From: an uncultured archaeon
GTDB lineage: Archaea; Asgardarchaeota; Lokiarchaeia; Sigyniarchaeales; SOKP01
Assembly: GCA_964388035.1 (NCBI GenBank)
Contig: CAYLZE010000015.1
Location: 1 to 63,661, forward strand
DNA length: 63,661 nt
Reading direction: 5' to 3'
In this document: one piece after another, positions 19,837 through 30,241 of the stretch
Numbering within the stretch: position 1 is the first letter of the stretch
Layout of the letters: the number at the start of each line of letters is the position of its first letter
The notes under the pieces: generated by a model
Told to the model about the DNA's origin: nothing
The model's database searches: none
Seen by the model: only the letters and a program-made list of their open reading frames with translations
Translations under genes and position numbers: made by a program

Positions 19837-21042
19837 CTAATCCCTATTCTCTGCTTTTATTTTTTTTATGGCTTCAATGAGAACTGGGATGACTTTATGG
19901 AGATCTCCTACTATTCCATAATGTGCAACTTTAAAAATAGACGCATTGGGATCTCTATTAATCGCTACAATGATATCTGAATTTTGCATTCCCACTAGAT
20001 GTTGGATAGCACCAGAGATTCCGCAAGCAATATATAATGCGGGCGACACGGTTTTTCCCGTCTGTCCTACTTGCCGATCTTGATCTACCCATCCTAATTC
20101 AACGGTAACTCGGGATCCGCCCACTTCTGCGTTGAGTGCGTCCGCCAATTGTTCGATAATTTTAAACCCTTCTTTACTTCCCACACCCCTGCCCCCAGAA
20201 ACGATGATTTTTGCGTCCTCCAAATTAATCTTAGTTTTTTGCTTGGTAATGATTTTAATGATTTTAGTTATTGAATCTTTCTCATCCAAGTCTTTCTCAA
20301 TCGCTTGGATCTCTACCTTTTTCTTTGTCTTTGGCAGTGCTTTAAATATACCCGGTCTAACAGTAGACATTTGAGGTCTGCTATTCGGCGTTCTAATGGT
20401 TGCCATGATATTTCCTCCGAAAGTTGGTCGCGTTTGTCTTAGATTTTTAGAGTCTTCTTCAATATCCAACCCTGTACAGTCTGCTGTGAGACCGGCATTA
20501 AGTCGTTTAGCGACCCGCGGGGCAAAATCTCGACCTGTTGGAGTAGCTCCTATCAAAACAATCTCTGGTTTCTTCTCAAGGATTAATTCAGTCAAAAGTT
20601 TTACGTATATATCAGAATAATAATTCTTAAGGATCTTAGATTTCACGTAAATTATTGCATCTTCGCCATATTGACTTACTTCTTCTAATTGATCCTCAAA
20701 TTCCGATCCAAGTAATACCAATGTCAAGCTCACCCCTAATTTATCTGCTAATTCTCTTCCTTTTCCCAACAGTTGAAATGCTACGGGATGGATCTTGTTT
20801 TTATAATGTTCAGCAACAATCCAGATTCCCTTGTATTGAGAAATATCCATTTTTTTTTCTTTAAATTCAGGTCTTTCCAATGTGATTGCTTCAACGGGAC
20901 AAACGTCGACACATTGACCGCATAATGTGCAGCCCTCTTGGATGCAAGCGATGTTATTCACCAGCTCTATTCCACCAAATGGGCAATTAGCAACACATGC
21001 TCCACAACCCGTACATATATCATCATCTACACGTATGCTCAT
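19837..21042 (-). CDS. etfA: Electron transfer flavoprotein alpha subunit with N-terminal 2x[4Fe-4S] ferredoxin domain
   Basis: CTGCGAC...CP and CTLCGQC...CP. GLTADCT, RPTFGGNIMATI, SGGRG, QVGQTGKTV.P.LYIACGISGAIQHLVGM. Confidence 0.95.
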   Translation of the reverse strand: MSIRVDDDICTGCGACVANCPFGGIELVNNIACIQEGCTLCGQCVDVCPVEAITLERPEFKEKKMDISQYKGIWIVAEHYKNKIHPVAFQLLGKGRELADKLGVSLTLVLLGSEFEDQLEEVSQYGEDAIIYVKSKILKNYYSDIYVKLLTELILEKKPEIVLIGATPTGRDFAPRVAKRLNAGLTADCTGLDIEEDSKNLRQTRPTFGGNIMATIRTPNSRPQMSTVRPGIFKALPKTKKKVEIQAIEKDLDEKDSITKIIKIITKQKTKINLEDAKIIVSGGRGVGSKEGFKIIEQLADALNAEVGGSRVTVELGWVDQDRQVGQTGKTVSPALYIACGISGAIQHLVGMQNSDIIVAINRDPNASIFKVAHYGIVGDLHKVIPVLIEAIKKIKAENRD

Positions 21043-21053
21043 TCAATCACCTC

Positions 21054-21860
21054 TTAGATAACATTATCCTCCTTTAGAAATTCGCATAATTTACTCGCTT
21101 GATCTTCCATTTTTCCTTCTAAAATAATGTGTTGTCCTTTCCTTTCTGGTATGAAGATCTTCCATACTTCGGTCATCGAACCTGTTAGACCGATCTTTTC
21201 TTTTTTAGCTCCAATTTTCTCGGCATTTAAATACACCACTTCCTTCTTTTCATAAGCATTTACAATACCTAACATGGAAGGATACCGGGGATGATTTATT
21301 TCCTTAAGAACCGAAATAAGAGCGGGCAATTTTGTCTCAATTATGACCGTTTCTTCCGATCTAAAAGCTCTCTCTACTTTAAGCTTGTTTTCTTTCAGTT
21401 CTAATTTAAACACGTACGTGATTTGGGGAATTTCTAACTCCTCTGCCAATTCTGGTCCTACTTGAGCCGTATCCCCGTCAATTGCTTGAACCCCCGTAAT
21501 CACAAGATAATTATCCTTTTCAGAATGATTTTTTAACACGTATTTGATTCCTAAAGCCAAAGTATGGGAAGTAGCGAGAGTATCCGCTCCAGCAAAAGCA
21601 CGATCCGTGAGAAGATAAGCCTCATCTGCTCCCATGGAAAGGGCTTCCCGTAGTACCGCTTCTGCTTGAGGGGGCCCCATGCTTAGTGCGGCGACTGTTG
21701 CGCCATATTTTTCTTTCAGGCTTAACCCCAGTTCGACGGCATGTTTATCATGCGGATTCATAATGGAGGGAATGCCTTCTCTCACTAACGTGTTAGTCTT
21801 GGGATCAATTCTTACCTCCGAAATACCGGGTACTTGCTTGATACAGATGAATATGATCAT
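21054..21860 (-). CDS. etfB: Electron transfer flavoprotein beta subunit
   Basis: CIKQVP, NPHD..AVE, SMGPPQA, AGADTLAT, QAIDGDTAQVGP. Confidence 0.95.
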   Translation of the reverse strand: MIIFICIKQVPGISEVRIDPKTNTLVREGIPSIMNPHDKHAVELGLSLKEKYGATVAALSMGPPQAEAVLREALSMGADEAYLLTDRAFAGADTLATSHTLALGIKYVLKNHSEKDNYLVITGVQAIDGDTAQVGPELAEELEIPQITYVFKLELKENKLKVERAFRSEETVIIETKLPALISVLKEINHPRYPSMLGIVNAYEKKEVVYLNAEKIGAKKEKIGLTGSMTEVWKIFIPERKGQHIILEGKMEDQASKLCEFLKEDNVI

Positions 21861-21863
21861 TTT

Positions 21864-23027
21864 TTATACCTCCGGAAATCTTCCTCTTAATAATTGATTT
21901 GCTATTACCATTCTCTGGATTTCTGAAGTACCTTCATAAATCTCCGCCATTTTTGCATCCCGGAAATATCTCTCCACGGCATAGGCTTTCATCAAACCAT
22001 ACCCCCCATGAATTTGTACCGCATCATGGGTCGCCATCATGGCGGTTTCAGAAGCTTTTAGTTTTGCCATGGAGCCCACTAATCCATAATCGAAGCCATG
22101 ATCGCACATCCAAGCGGCTTTATAAGTCAATAACCGAGATGTTTCTACTGCCAAGCCAATATCTGCAATTTTCCACTGTATTCCTTGAAAGCGAGAAATG
22201 GGTTGAGAAAATTGCACTCTCTCATTAGAATATTTGATAGCAGCTTCTAAGGCAGCTTGCCCCAGTCCAACGCATTGAGCGGCCATGAGGATCCTCCCAT
22301 AATCCAAAATCTGAAGTCCCAATCTATATCCTTCTCCCACTCGTCCTAAAATATTTTCTTGAGGAATCCGCATATTGTCGAACACTAATTCACAGGTACT
22401 GGATGCTCGAACCCCCAGTTTATCTTCCTTAACTCCCACCGAATAACCGGGCGTGTCGGTATTTACAATAAAAACCGTAAGCTGTTTCCTACTTCCGACA
22501 TCACTGGTATTTGCAATTACTAAAAGAGTTCCGGCAATTCCACCATTCGTTGCAAATATTTTGCTTCCATTTAATACCCACTCATCCCCATCTTTATAAG
22601 CCCGAGTCTCCACTCCTGCCGCATCAGAACCTGCATTCGCTTCTGTGAGACAAAAGGCCCCTATTTTTTCCCCTTTTGCCAAGGGGATTAAAAAATCTTG
22701 CTTTTGCCCTTCCGTGCCAAATATATATATGGGATAAGCGACTACCGAGCAATGAACACCCGTAGTAATGGACCAAGAAGCATCAATTCTTCCGATCTCT
22801 TCCGTCGCGATGCAGAAACTAATGGTATCATCGTGTAAATTTGCACCTCCATATTCTTCAGGAATGCACGTGCCAAAGTACCCCATCCGTTTCATCTCCT
22901 CCATGACTTTTGGGTCTAATTGTGAATTTTGATCACTTTCTTCCGCCACCGGTCCAATGTATTCTTCAGCAAATTCCCGCGTTATCTTTCTAATCATCTC
23001 TTGCTTAGCTGTAAGTTTAAAATCCAT
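21864..23027 (-). CDS. Acyl-CoA dehydrogenase (butyryl-CoA/short-chain type)
   Basis: AFCLTEANAGSD, NGSKIFATNG, ERVQF, QIHGGYG, ERYFRDAK..EIYEGTSEIQR. Confidence 0.95.
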   Translation of the reverse strand: MDFKLTAKQEMIRKITREFAEEYIGPVAEESDQNSQLDPKVMEEMKRMGYFGTCIPEEYGGANLHDDTISFCIATEEIGRIDASWSITTGVHCSVVAYPIYIFGTEGQKQDFLIPLAKGEKIGAFCLTEANAGSDAAGVETRAYKDGDEWVLNGSKIFATNGGIAGTLLVIANTSDVGSRKQLTVFIVNTDTPGYSVGVKEDKLGVRASSTCELVFDNMRIPQENILGRVGEGYRLGLQILDYGRILMAAQCVGLGQAALEAAIKYSNERVQFSQPISRFQGIQWKIADIGLAVETSRLLTYKAAWMCDHGFDYGLVGSMAKLKASETAMMATHDAVQIHGGYGLMKAYAVERYFRDAKMAEIYEGTSEIQRMVIANQLLRGRFPEV

Positions 23028-23472
23028 TTTTCACACTATTCATAGTTATTTTCTTGATTGTGAAACAAATATAATAATTATGAAATTAAATTCTCGATGT
23101 TATAAATATGATTAAGAATAATCATAAAATACCTAGTTAAATGATCAAAATAATAAGAAGAAAAATTCAGATTACTTAATTTAAAAATAATTTAAAACTT
23201 CATTTAAGAGATGAATCACTATTTTTAAAGGAAGCAAGAATATTGAATTCCAATAAGCTAAATCCTTACATTTAAAGTAATGAATTCAGAATTATATAAT
23301 AGAATCTATTTTATTTTTTATATGATAATTTTTGAATATTAAAAATTTATAGGCAACTTTTTTTTAATCTGTCAGATTCATTATTAAAATAAAACCTAAG
23401 AAATATATCGTTTATAGTACAAAATTAATGGGAGAAGTGCGTTAATATTTATTTAAAGAAAAAATCTGAAAA

Positions 23473-26001
23473 TTGGATATGAGTCAAGAGTCTATACCTT
23501 TTTGGAGTTTTTCCTCTACCGACTTATTGAAGAAATATAATTCGGATACAAATGGGATATCAAGTGAAGAAGTTGAAAAAAGAGAATTAATATATGGAAA
23601 AAATCTATTAAAGCCAAAAAAAAAGACCGATACAATTACGCTTATATTGAATCAGTTTAGAAGCCCCCTCATAATAATTCTTATAATTACAGCGATTTTA
23701 GCCTCCTTTTTAGGTGCAGCTGTAAATAGTTTCATTATAATTTTAATTATTATTTTAAGCGCATTGCTTGGATTTTGGGAGGAAAAAAAATCATCAAACG
23801 CTATAGAAAAATTGCTTTCTTTAGTGGAAATTAAAGCAACAGTATTAAGAGATCGAGAAAAAAAATCAATTTCGGTTGAAGATATTGTTCCAGGAGATGT
23901 TATTCTTTTTTCCGCAGGAGATATCATTCCCTCAGACTGTATTATTTTAGATTCTAAAGATTTATTTGTAAATGAAGCGACCCTAACGGGAGAGAGTTTT
24001 CCTGTAGAAAAAGAAGTAACAATTTTAAATCCTGAAACCCCCTTAAGTAAGCGATCAAATACGCTTTATATGGGAACAAATGTTATAAGTGGAACAGCTA
24101 AAGCTTTGGTAATCTATATTGGTAAGAACTCTGAATTCGGCAAGATATCCGAAAAGTTAAAATTGAAACCTCCCGAATCTGAATTTGATCGAGGGACTAA
24201 AAAGTTTGGACATTTTCTTATGGAAATTACCTTGATTTTAATAACCATTATTTTTGCTATTAATGTTTATTTTTCTCGTCCCATCATCGTTTCCTTTTTA
24301 TTTGCATTAGCCATTGCAGTTGGATTAACCCCCGAATTATTACCCGCCATAATAAGTATCAATCTCTCTACGGGTGCTCGAAAAATGGCTCAAAAGAAAG
24401 TGATTGTAAAACAATTGAAATCTATCGAGAATTTTGGTAGCATGAACATTTTATGTACTGACAAGACGGGAACTTTAACTGAAGGCAAAATTGGATTGGA
24501 ATCTGCGCGGGATTTCAATGGTATTGAAAGTGAGAAAGTATTATTACATGGATATTTAAACGCTTTTTACGAAAGTGGTTATCTTAATCCCATTGATGAA
24601 GCTATTAGGAATTATAAACAATTTGATATTTCAGAATATCATAAACTAGATGAAATCCCTTATGATTTTATTCGCAAGCGATTGAGTATCTTAATACAAA
24701 AATCAAAGGAGAGCATTTTAATAACCAAGGGTGCTTTACTCAATATACTTGAAATATGTTCCTTGGCAGAAACTTCAGATGGAAAATTGGTAGAAATTAG
24801 TAATATTAAAATTAAAATCCAGCATCTTTTTGAAGAATATAGCAATAATGGGTTTCGAGTTTTAGGAATTTGCTATAAGAAATTAGGCTCTCTTCAAAAT
24901 ATAAGTAAAACTGATGAATCTGACATGATCTTTCAGGGTTTTTTAAATCTTTTTGATCCCTTGAAACCGCATATTATAGATACAATAGAAGGGTTAAAGA
25001 AATTAGGTGTTTCATTAAAAATTATAACGGGAGATAATCAATTTATAGCGAATAATGTTGGCAAACAAATCGGGTTAACTAATTTAAAAATTACAACGGG
25101 ATCATTTCTTCGACAAATAAGTGATGAAGCTCTAATTAAAGTAGTAAATAGTACGGATCTATTTGCTGAGGTAGAGCCAAACCAGAAGGAACGGATTATC
25201 CTTGCCTTGAAGAAGTCGGGAAATGTCGTGGGATACATTGGTGATGGTATTAATGATGTTTCGGCACTACACGCTGCAGATGTCGGAATTTCAGTAGATA
25301 CTGCTGTAGATGTTGCAAAAGCATCGGCAGAATTTGTAATGTTAGAAAAAGATCTCCAGATACTTTTAGAGAGCGTAAAAGAAGGAAGAAAAACATTCAT
25401 GAATACCATGAAATATATTTTCATAACGACGAGTGCGAATTTTGGCAACATGTTCAGCATGGCAGGGGCCTCCTTACTCTTGTCTTTCCTTCCCTTATTA
25501 CCCTCGCAGATTCTATTAACTAATTTAATTAGTGATGTTCCTTCAATGGCGATTGCGACTGATAATGTCGATACCGAGCAAATGGTCAAACCTAAACGCT
25601 GGAGCATTTCCTTTATTTTTAAGTTCATGATTTGGTTTGGACTTTTAAGTACGGTATTTGATTATATTATTTTTGCCATCCTTCTAATTTTATTTAATGT
25701 GACGATGGAACAATTCCGAACTAGTTGGTTTATCTTTTCAGTCATTACTGAAATACTAGTCCTATTAGTCATTAGAACGCAAAAATCATTTTATAGAAGC
25801 AGACCCAGTAATAAGTTAGTAATTGCTTCCCTATCCGTTGCAGGTATATCCATGATATTCATGTATTCTTTCTTGGGAGAAATAATGGGATTTACTCAGC
25901 TTCCGCCTCTTCTGATATTACTTTTAATAGGTATAGTATTGCTTTATTTAATCGCTAATGAAATTTTAAAAAAATTCTTTTTTAAAAGAATTCAATTTTA
26001 A
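23473..26001 (+). CDS. mgtA: Mg2+-transporting P-type ATPase
   Basis: LTGES, GLTPELLP, DKTGTLT, PYDFIRKR, TGDN, GDGIND, TSANFGN.FS motifs of the P3B/MgtA type. Confidence 0.9.
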   Translation: MDMSQESIPFWSFSSTDLLKKYNSDTNGISSEEVEKRELIYGKNLLKPKKKTDTITLILNQFRSPLIIILIITAILASFLGAAVNSFIIILIIILSALLGFWEEKKSSNAIEKLLSLVEIKATVLRDREKKSISVEDIVPGDVILFSAGDIIPSDCIILDSKDLFVNEATLTGESFPVEKEVTILNPETPLSKRSNTLYMGTNVISGTAKALVIYIGKNSEFGKISEKLKLKPPESEFDRGTKKFGHFLMEITLILITIIFAINVYFSRPIIVSFLFALAIAVGLTPELLPAIISINLSTGARKMAQKKVIVKQLKSIENFGSMNILCTDKTGTLTEGKIGLESARDFNGIESEKVLLHGYLNAFYESGYLNPIDEAIRNYKQFDISEYHKLDEIPYDFIRKRLSILIQKSKESILITKGALLNILEICSLAETSDGKLVEISNIKIKIQHLFEEYSNNGFRVLGICYKKLGSLQNISKTDESDMIFQGFLNLFDPLKPHIIDTIEGLKKLGVSLKIITGDNQFIANNVGKQIGLTNLKITTGSFLRQISDEALIKVVNSTDLFAEVEPNQKERIILALKKSGNVVGYIGDGINDVSALHAADVGISVDTAVDVAKASAEFVMLEKDLQILLESVKEGRKTFMNTMKYIFITTSANFGNMFSMAGASLLLSFLPLLPSQILLTNLISDVPSMAIATDNVDTEQMVKPKRWSISFIFKFMIWFGLLSTVFDYIIFAILLILFNVTMEQFRTSWFIFSVITEILVLLVIRTQKSFYRSRPSNKLVIASLSVAGISMIFMYSFLGEIMGFTQLPPLLILLLIGIVLLYLIANEILKKFFFKRIQF

Positions 26002-26318
26002 ATTCTGTATTAACGTTGTATATTTTAATCACAATTCCACTTTTAAAAATAGACTTATTGTTATAATTCTTTCGCAATTTATTATTAATGCATGTACTCA
26101 TAATTAGCCATGATAATAGTTTAAAAGAAATCGTTAAGAGAAATGATTCTTTCTGAATACTAAAAAATTTATGAGCAATATTACACTAATTTTTTTAACG
26201 AGATCTATTTTAAGTGAATCAAAAATATAAGAGAGATAATCTTATACTTCCTATTTAAATATTTGAATCTAATAGAGGTTGAGGGTAAACTTAATTATGG
26301 GTATTAAGGTGAGAAGAA

Positions 26319-26990
26319 ATGGAAGAAATGCAAAAATTAGAAAATCTTGCTAAGGAAAATTTAAATTTAGCCCATTATGAGAAAGATCTTTCCAAAGCTG
26401 CGCTGGAAGCTTCCAAATTAGAAATTAATAGAGCAAAAGCTAGAGAAAGTTAAGTTAAAAGTGAATTAGTTCTTGCTGAAGCGAGAAAGGACTTGGCGCA
26501 CACGAGAAAACTATTGTTAGAAAAAAAACGTTCCATTAATAAAGACAAAATAATTGAGTTTTCGGATGATGAATTGAAGAAAGAGCATGATTATGTTCAG
26601 TATTTTGAAAGACTTTCTAAGATGTAAATTGATATTGCTGAAATTACAAAAAGAATCGTTGATAAGGAAAGAAAAATCGCCAATCAAAGAAAAAATTTAG
26701 CAAATCTAAGATCACACGCTGCAGGTACACGAGAAAAACTAGTAAAACAAATTGAATCTTATATAAAAGCTCTAAAACAAAAATTACCTGAAGATAAATT
26801 GTCGAAATTACAAAATGATTATTTAAAACTTCAAAAAGGTGTAGATGTGGAAAAAAAAGATATGCTAGAACTTGAAAATGTTATTAAGAAAAATGAAAAC
26901 GCACTAACATCTTTAAATAATGAGCTTTCTTTAAAGTTGTCGGAACGTGAAAAAATTAGGCATGATAATCTTGAAAGTGAAATGGAATAA
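26319..26990 (+). pseudogene. ~223-codon coiled-coil protein interrupted by two in-frame TAA codons
   Basis: ATG at 26319 after an AGGTGAG RBS. One frame with heptad-like K/E/L sequence throughout; TAA at 26451-26453 and 26625-26627. The track reports only the last 63 aa. Confidence 0.75.
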
Positions 26991-27276
26991 ATTAATGTTA
27001 AGTATCAATAATTACCCTTTTTCCTTTTTTTTTATATAAGATCCCTGTTCTTAAATTTAAAATAAACCTAAAGACAAGATATTATTTTAAGAACTTGATA
27101 TGAATTAGAATAAAAGATTTCAAATTAATAGGCATTGTTATTTCTCTCTATTATTCAATGAAATTCTAAATTTATTCAATTAGGAACCCTTTTAAATCTT
27201 AATGTAATCTTGAGCAGAATGTAAATGATAAAATGAGTATAAAAAGATAAAAATTGATTATTTTAAATTTAAGAAA

Positions 27277-27789
27277 TTATTTTTCATCAAGTACTTCTTT
27301 TACGATTTTATGAGTAAATTTCGCCATGACTACGAGAAATCCTTGAAGGATCAAACATATAATAATAACTCCGAGACCTAAGAAGAGAACAATCATGGAT
27401 GTTAAATCACCAAAACGGGGATATATATACCATTCAAATACAAGGAATAAACCATAATACACAGCAGATCCAAAAAATAGTATGGCTAAAATCCAGATCA
27501 CTAATACAATCTTTTCTGCAGTAGTTTGTGAGGGAAATTCTTCCTCCGATCCAAGAAATCCAATGAATCTATTGCGGACTCTCATGAAAAATCCGATTCC
27601 TACTAATGTTATTAAACAAGAAATTCCTAAGGAAATCAATAGAAGTAATAGTTGAAGTTCTATTAATTAAATTCTTAATAAACCTAGTATCACCAAGAAA
27701 ACGACATATATCAATATGAAAAACCCCAAAAAAACTTCGATGATAAAGGTGGATGTAAATGCCCTCTTATAAAAATGATATAAATTCAT
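27277..27789 (-). pseudogene. Multi-TM membrane protein with one in-frame TAA near the N-terminus
   Basis: MNLYHFYKRAFTSTFIIEVFLGFFILIYVVFLVILGLLRI*LIELQLLLLLISLGISCL... TAA at 27667-27669. The track reports 27277-27639 from a TTG. Confidence 0.55.
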
Positions 27790-28036
27790 GTGATAAAGTT
27801 ATGAAATCGTCTTTCTATCTTTTTTGTGTAAAAATATTAATGTCTATCTTTTTATGGTATTTATTGTAAAAAGGAATATTCTTTCAACTAAATCGGCAAT
27901 TTACCAATAAATACATTTATATTGAGTTTAGATAAAAGTAAATATCTACTAATAGTAAATTCTTTAATGGTTTATATTCTTTATATTTAATAAATCTGTA
28001 TTTAACGCATTATTAATTATTCATATCTAACCAACT

Positions 28037-29719
28037 GTGAATAGTAAAATGTTCGAAAAAGATCAAATTGAAAAGATTAAGCAAGAAAAGGAGAACTGGG
28101 ATACAAAAGTTGAAAATTCTAAAGAAAGAGAAATTCAATTCCTCACTGATTCAGGAATCCCTATTAAACGGTTATATACTCCATTAGATGTGAAGGGGAA
28201 TTATTTAGAGAAAGATAATTTTCCTGGGCAACCTCCTTATACAAGAGGAGTTTATCCAAACATGTATAGGGGGCAATTATGGACCATGCGATTGTTCTCT
28301 GGACACGGAACTCCCGAAGAAACGAATAAACGATGGAAATATCTCTATGAACATGGAGAAACCGGATTTAGTGCTGCTGTCGATGCTTTAACATTTAATG
28401 GAATAGACCCTACTAATCCTGACGGTGCTCCCGAGGTAGGAACATCGGGCGTGCCACTTTATTGTATTGACAGTTTATTTGCCTTAACAGAAGATATACC
28501 TATTGATAAAGTGAGTGTTGCATTAGTAGTGGAACCCTTTACTTCCGCTCCCGTTTGTTCCATGTATTTTAACATGGCAAAAATGCGCGGATTAGAAACC
28601 CAGCAATTAATCGGAACTACTCAAAATGATATTTTGACTATGACAGTCGGATATATTCCCTACAAGAACGTGCCTCCTGATCACATTTTACGGTTAGCTT
28701 GTGATTTTATTGAATGGACCGTGCCCATGGGGAATGTTCCGAAGTGGCATCCCATCAATTTCACGGGATATAATTACCGAGAAGGTGGAATTGACGCCGT
28801 TCAAGAATTGGGATTTGTTTTCGCCAGTGCTTGCTCGCATATTGATAATATTATAGCTCGAGGATGGAAAATTGATGATTTTGTAGAACGATTAGCGTTT
28901 CATCTTTCAGCCCATAAAGACTTTTTTGAAGAAATAGCAAAATATCGGGCAGCAAGAAGGATATGGTATAAATTAATGAAAGAAAGATACGGTGCAAGCG
29001 ATAGAAATTGTCGATTCCGATTTCATATCCAAACTGCGGGAAGCTCATTGACAGCTCAAACTCCATTAGTCAACGTCATTAGAACTTCAATACAAGCGCT
29101 TGAGGCCACCTTAGGAGGATGCCAATCATTACATACCAATTCGTATGATGAAGCCATCTGTTTACCTTCAGAAGAAGCGGCACTTATTGCGCTAAGAACT
29201 CAACAAGTCATTTCCGATGAAACTAGAATCACCAATACTGTAGACCCCCTTGCAGGATCTTATTACATCGAATGGCTAACAGATGAACTGGAAGAGCGGG
29301 TTTGGAATTACATGGAAAAGATTGAGAAAATTGGAAGCATTGATAAAGCTCTCTCAACTGGCTGGTTATATAAAGAAATGAGAGACGCATTTCACAAGCG
29401 AAGAAAACGCTTGGAAAGTGGTGAGGAGGTCATGCTGGGAGTAAATAAATATCCCATCTCTTATGATGATGTAACAGATGTCTTCCGAACTAATAAAGAT
29501 GCTATAGATATTGAAGTGCAACGAATTAATAAATTAAAAGCCCGAAGAGACAATGCAAAATTAGAGCAAATTCTCGATAAATTACGCAAAGTCTGTGAAA
29601 AAGAGGAAAATGTAATGCCCGTGGTGATGGAAGCCACTAAAGAAGGCGCAACTGTTGGAGAAATTTGTGACATTTACCGTGAGATTTGGGGAATATGGGA
29701 ACCTCCATTAGCAATCTAA
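28037..29719 (+). CDS. Adenosylcobalamin-dependent acyl-CoA mutase, large subunit (isobutyryl-CoA-mutase-like; specificity uncertain)
   Basis: PGQPPYTRGVYP.MY, WTMRLFSGHG, QNDIL, FFEEIAKYRAARR, HIQTAG, QSLHTNSYDEA, DPLAGSYYIE. Start probably ATG 28049. Confidence 0.92.
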   Translation: MNSKMFEKDQIEKIKQEKENWDTKVENSKEREIQFLTDSGIPIKRLYTPLDVKGNYLEKDNFPGQPPYTRGVYPNMYRGQLWTMRLFSGHGTPEETNKRWKYLYEHGETGFSAAVDALTFNGIDPTNPDGAPEVGTSGVPLYCIDSLFALTEDIPIDKVSVALVVEPFTSAPVCSMYFNMAKMRGLETQQLIGTTQNDILTMTVGYIPYKNVPPDHILRLACDFIEWTVPMGNVPKWHPINFTGYNYREGGIDAVQELGFVFASACSHIDNIIARGWKIDDFVERLAFHLSAHKDFFEEIAKYRAARRIWYKLMKERYGASDRNCRFRFHIQTAGSSLTAQTPLVNVIRTSIQALEATLGGCQSLHTNSYDEAICLPSEEAALIALRTQQVISDETRITNTVDPLAGSYYIEWLTDELEERVWNYMEKIEKIGSIDKALSTGWLYKEMRDAFHKRRKRLESGEEVMLGVNKYPISYDDVTDVFRTNKDAIDIEVQRINKLKARRDNAKLEQILDKLRKVCEKEENVMPVVMEATKEGATVGEICDIYREIWGIWEPPLAI

Positions 29720-29765
29720 ACCGAAACACGCTTATCTATCAAGATAATTAAAGGTGAATCGATAA

Positions 29766-30164
29766 ATGAGTGAAAAAAAAATTAGAATTTTAATGTCGAA
29801 ACCTGGTATTGATGGGCATTGGCGAGGTGGAATTGTCGTTTCTAGAGCACTCCGGGATGCCGGAATGGAATTAATTTTTGGAGGATTTCAAAATGCCGAA
29901 CAAATCGTACAGTCTGCCATTCAGGAAGATGTGGATGTAATCGGACTAAGCATTCATTCAGGTGCACACTTTGCATATACCCAAAAAGTCATTGATTTAT
30001 TAAAGGAAAAAGGCGTGTTAGATCACTTCATGATCCTCGTTGGGGGAGTTATTCCCGCTAAAGATTTTTCCAAAATGAAAGAGATGGGTGTTGCAAACGT
30101 TTATGGTCCTGGAGCCATGACAAATGACATCGTAAAATTTATACAAGAGAATGTGAAAAAATAA
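29766..30164 (+). CDS. Cobalamin-binding small subunit of acyl-CoA mutase
   Basis: KPGIDGHWRG (DxHxxG), GLSIHSGAH, VGGVIP. Confidence 0.93.
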   Translation: MSEKKIRILMSKPGIDGHWRGGIVVSRALRDAGMELIFGGFQNAEQIVQSAIQEDVDVIGLSIHSGAHFAYTQKVIDLLKEKGVLDHFMILVGGVIPAKDFSKMKEMGVANVYGPGAMTNDIVKFIQENVKK

Positions 30165-30241
30165 ATTTATTCCTTATTTTTATTCCTTATTATTATAAGA
30201 TAATTACAAGATAGTTAAGATTATACTAAAGTTGATTATTT

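Noticed and set aside
25038-25628. 196-aa antisense ORF inside mgtA and the many other 60-130-aa ORFs nested in called genes
   Set aside because: They lie within well-supported genes on another strand or frame and have no motifs or RBS.
9382-27669. Genome-wide TAA reassignment suggested by four in-frame TAA codons (9382, 26451, 26625, 27667)
   Set aside because: TAA terminates many clearly full-length conserved genes here (paaK, iorA, mutase, RLP), and none of the long conserved genes contains an internal TAA. Local decay or base-call error is more parsimonious.
28037-29719. Canonical methylmalonyl-CoA mutase
   Set aside because: The Tyr89-equivalent is Phe and the carboxylate-binding Arg is not evident, so no gene symbol was assigned.
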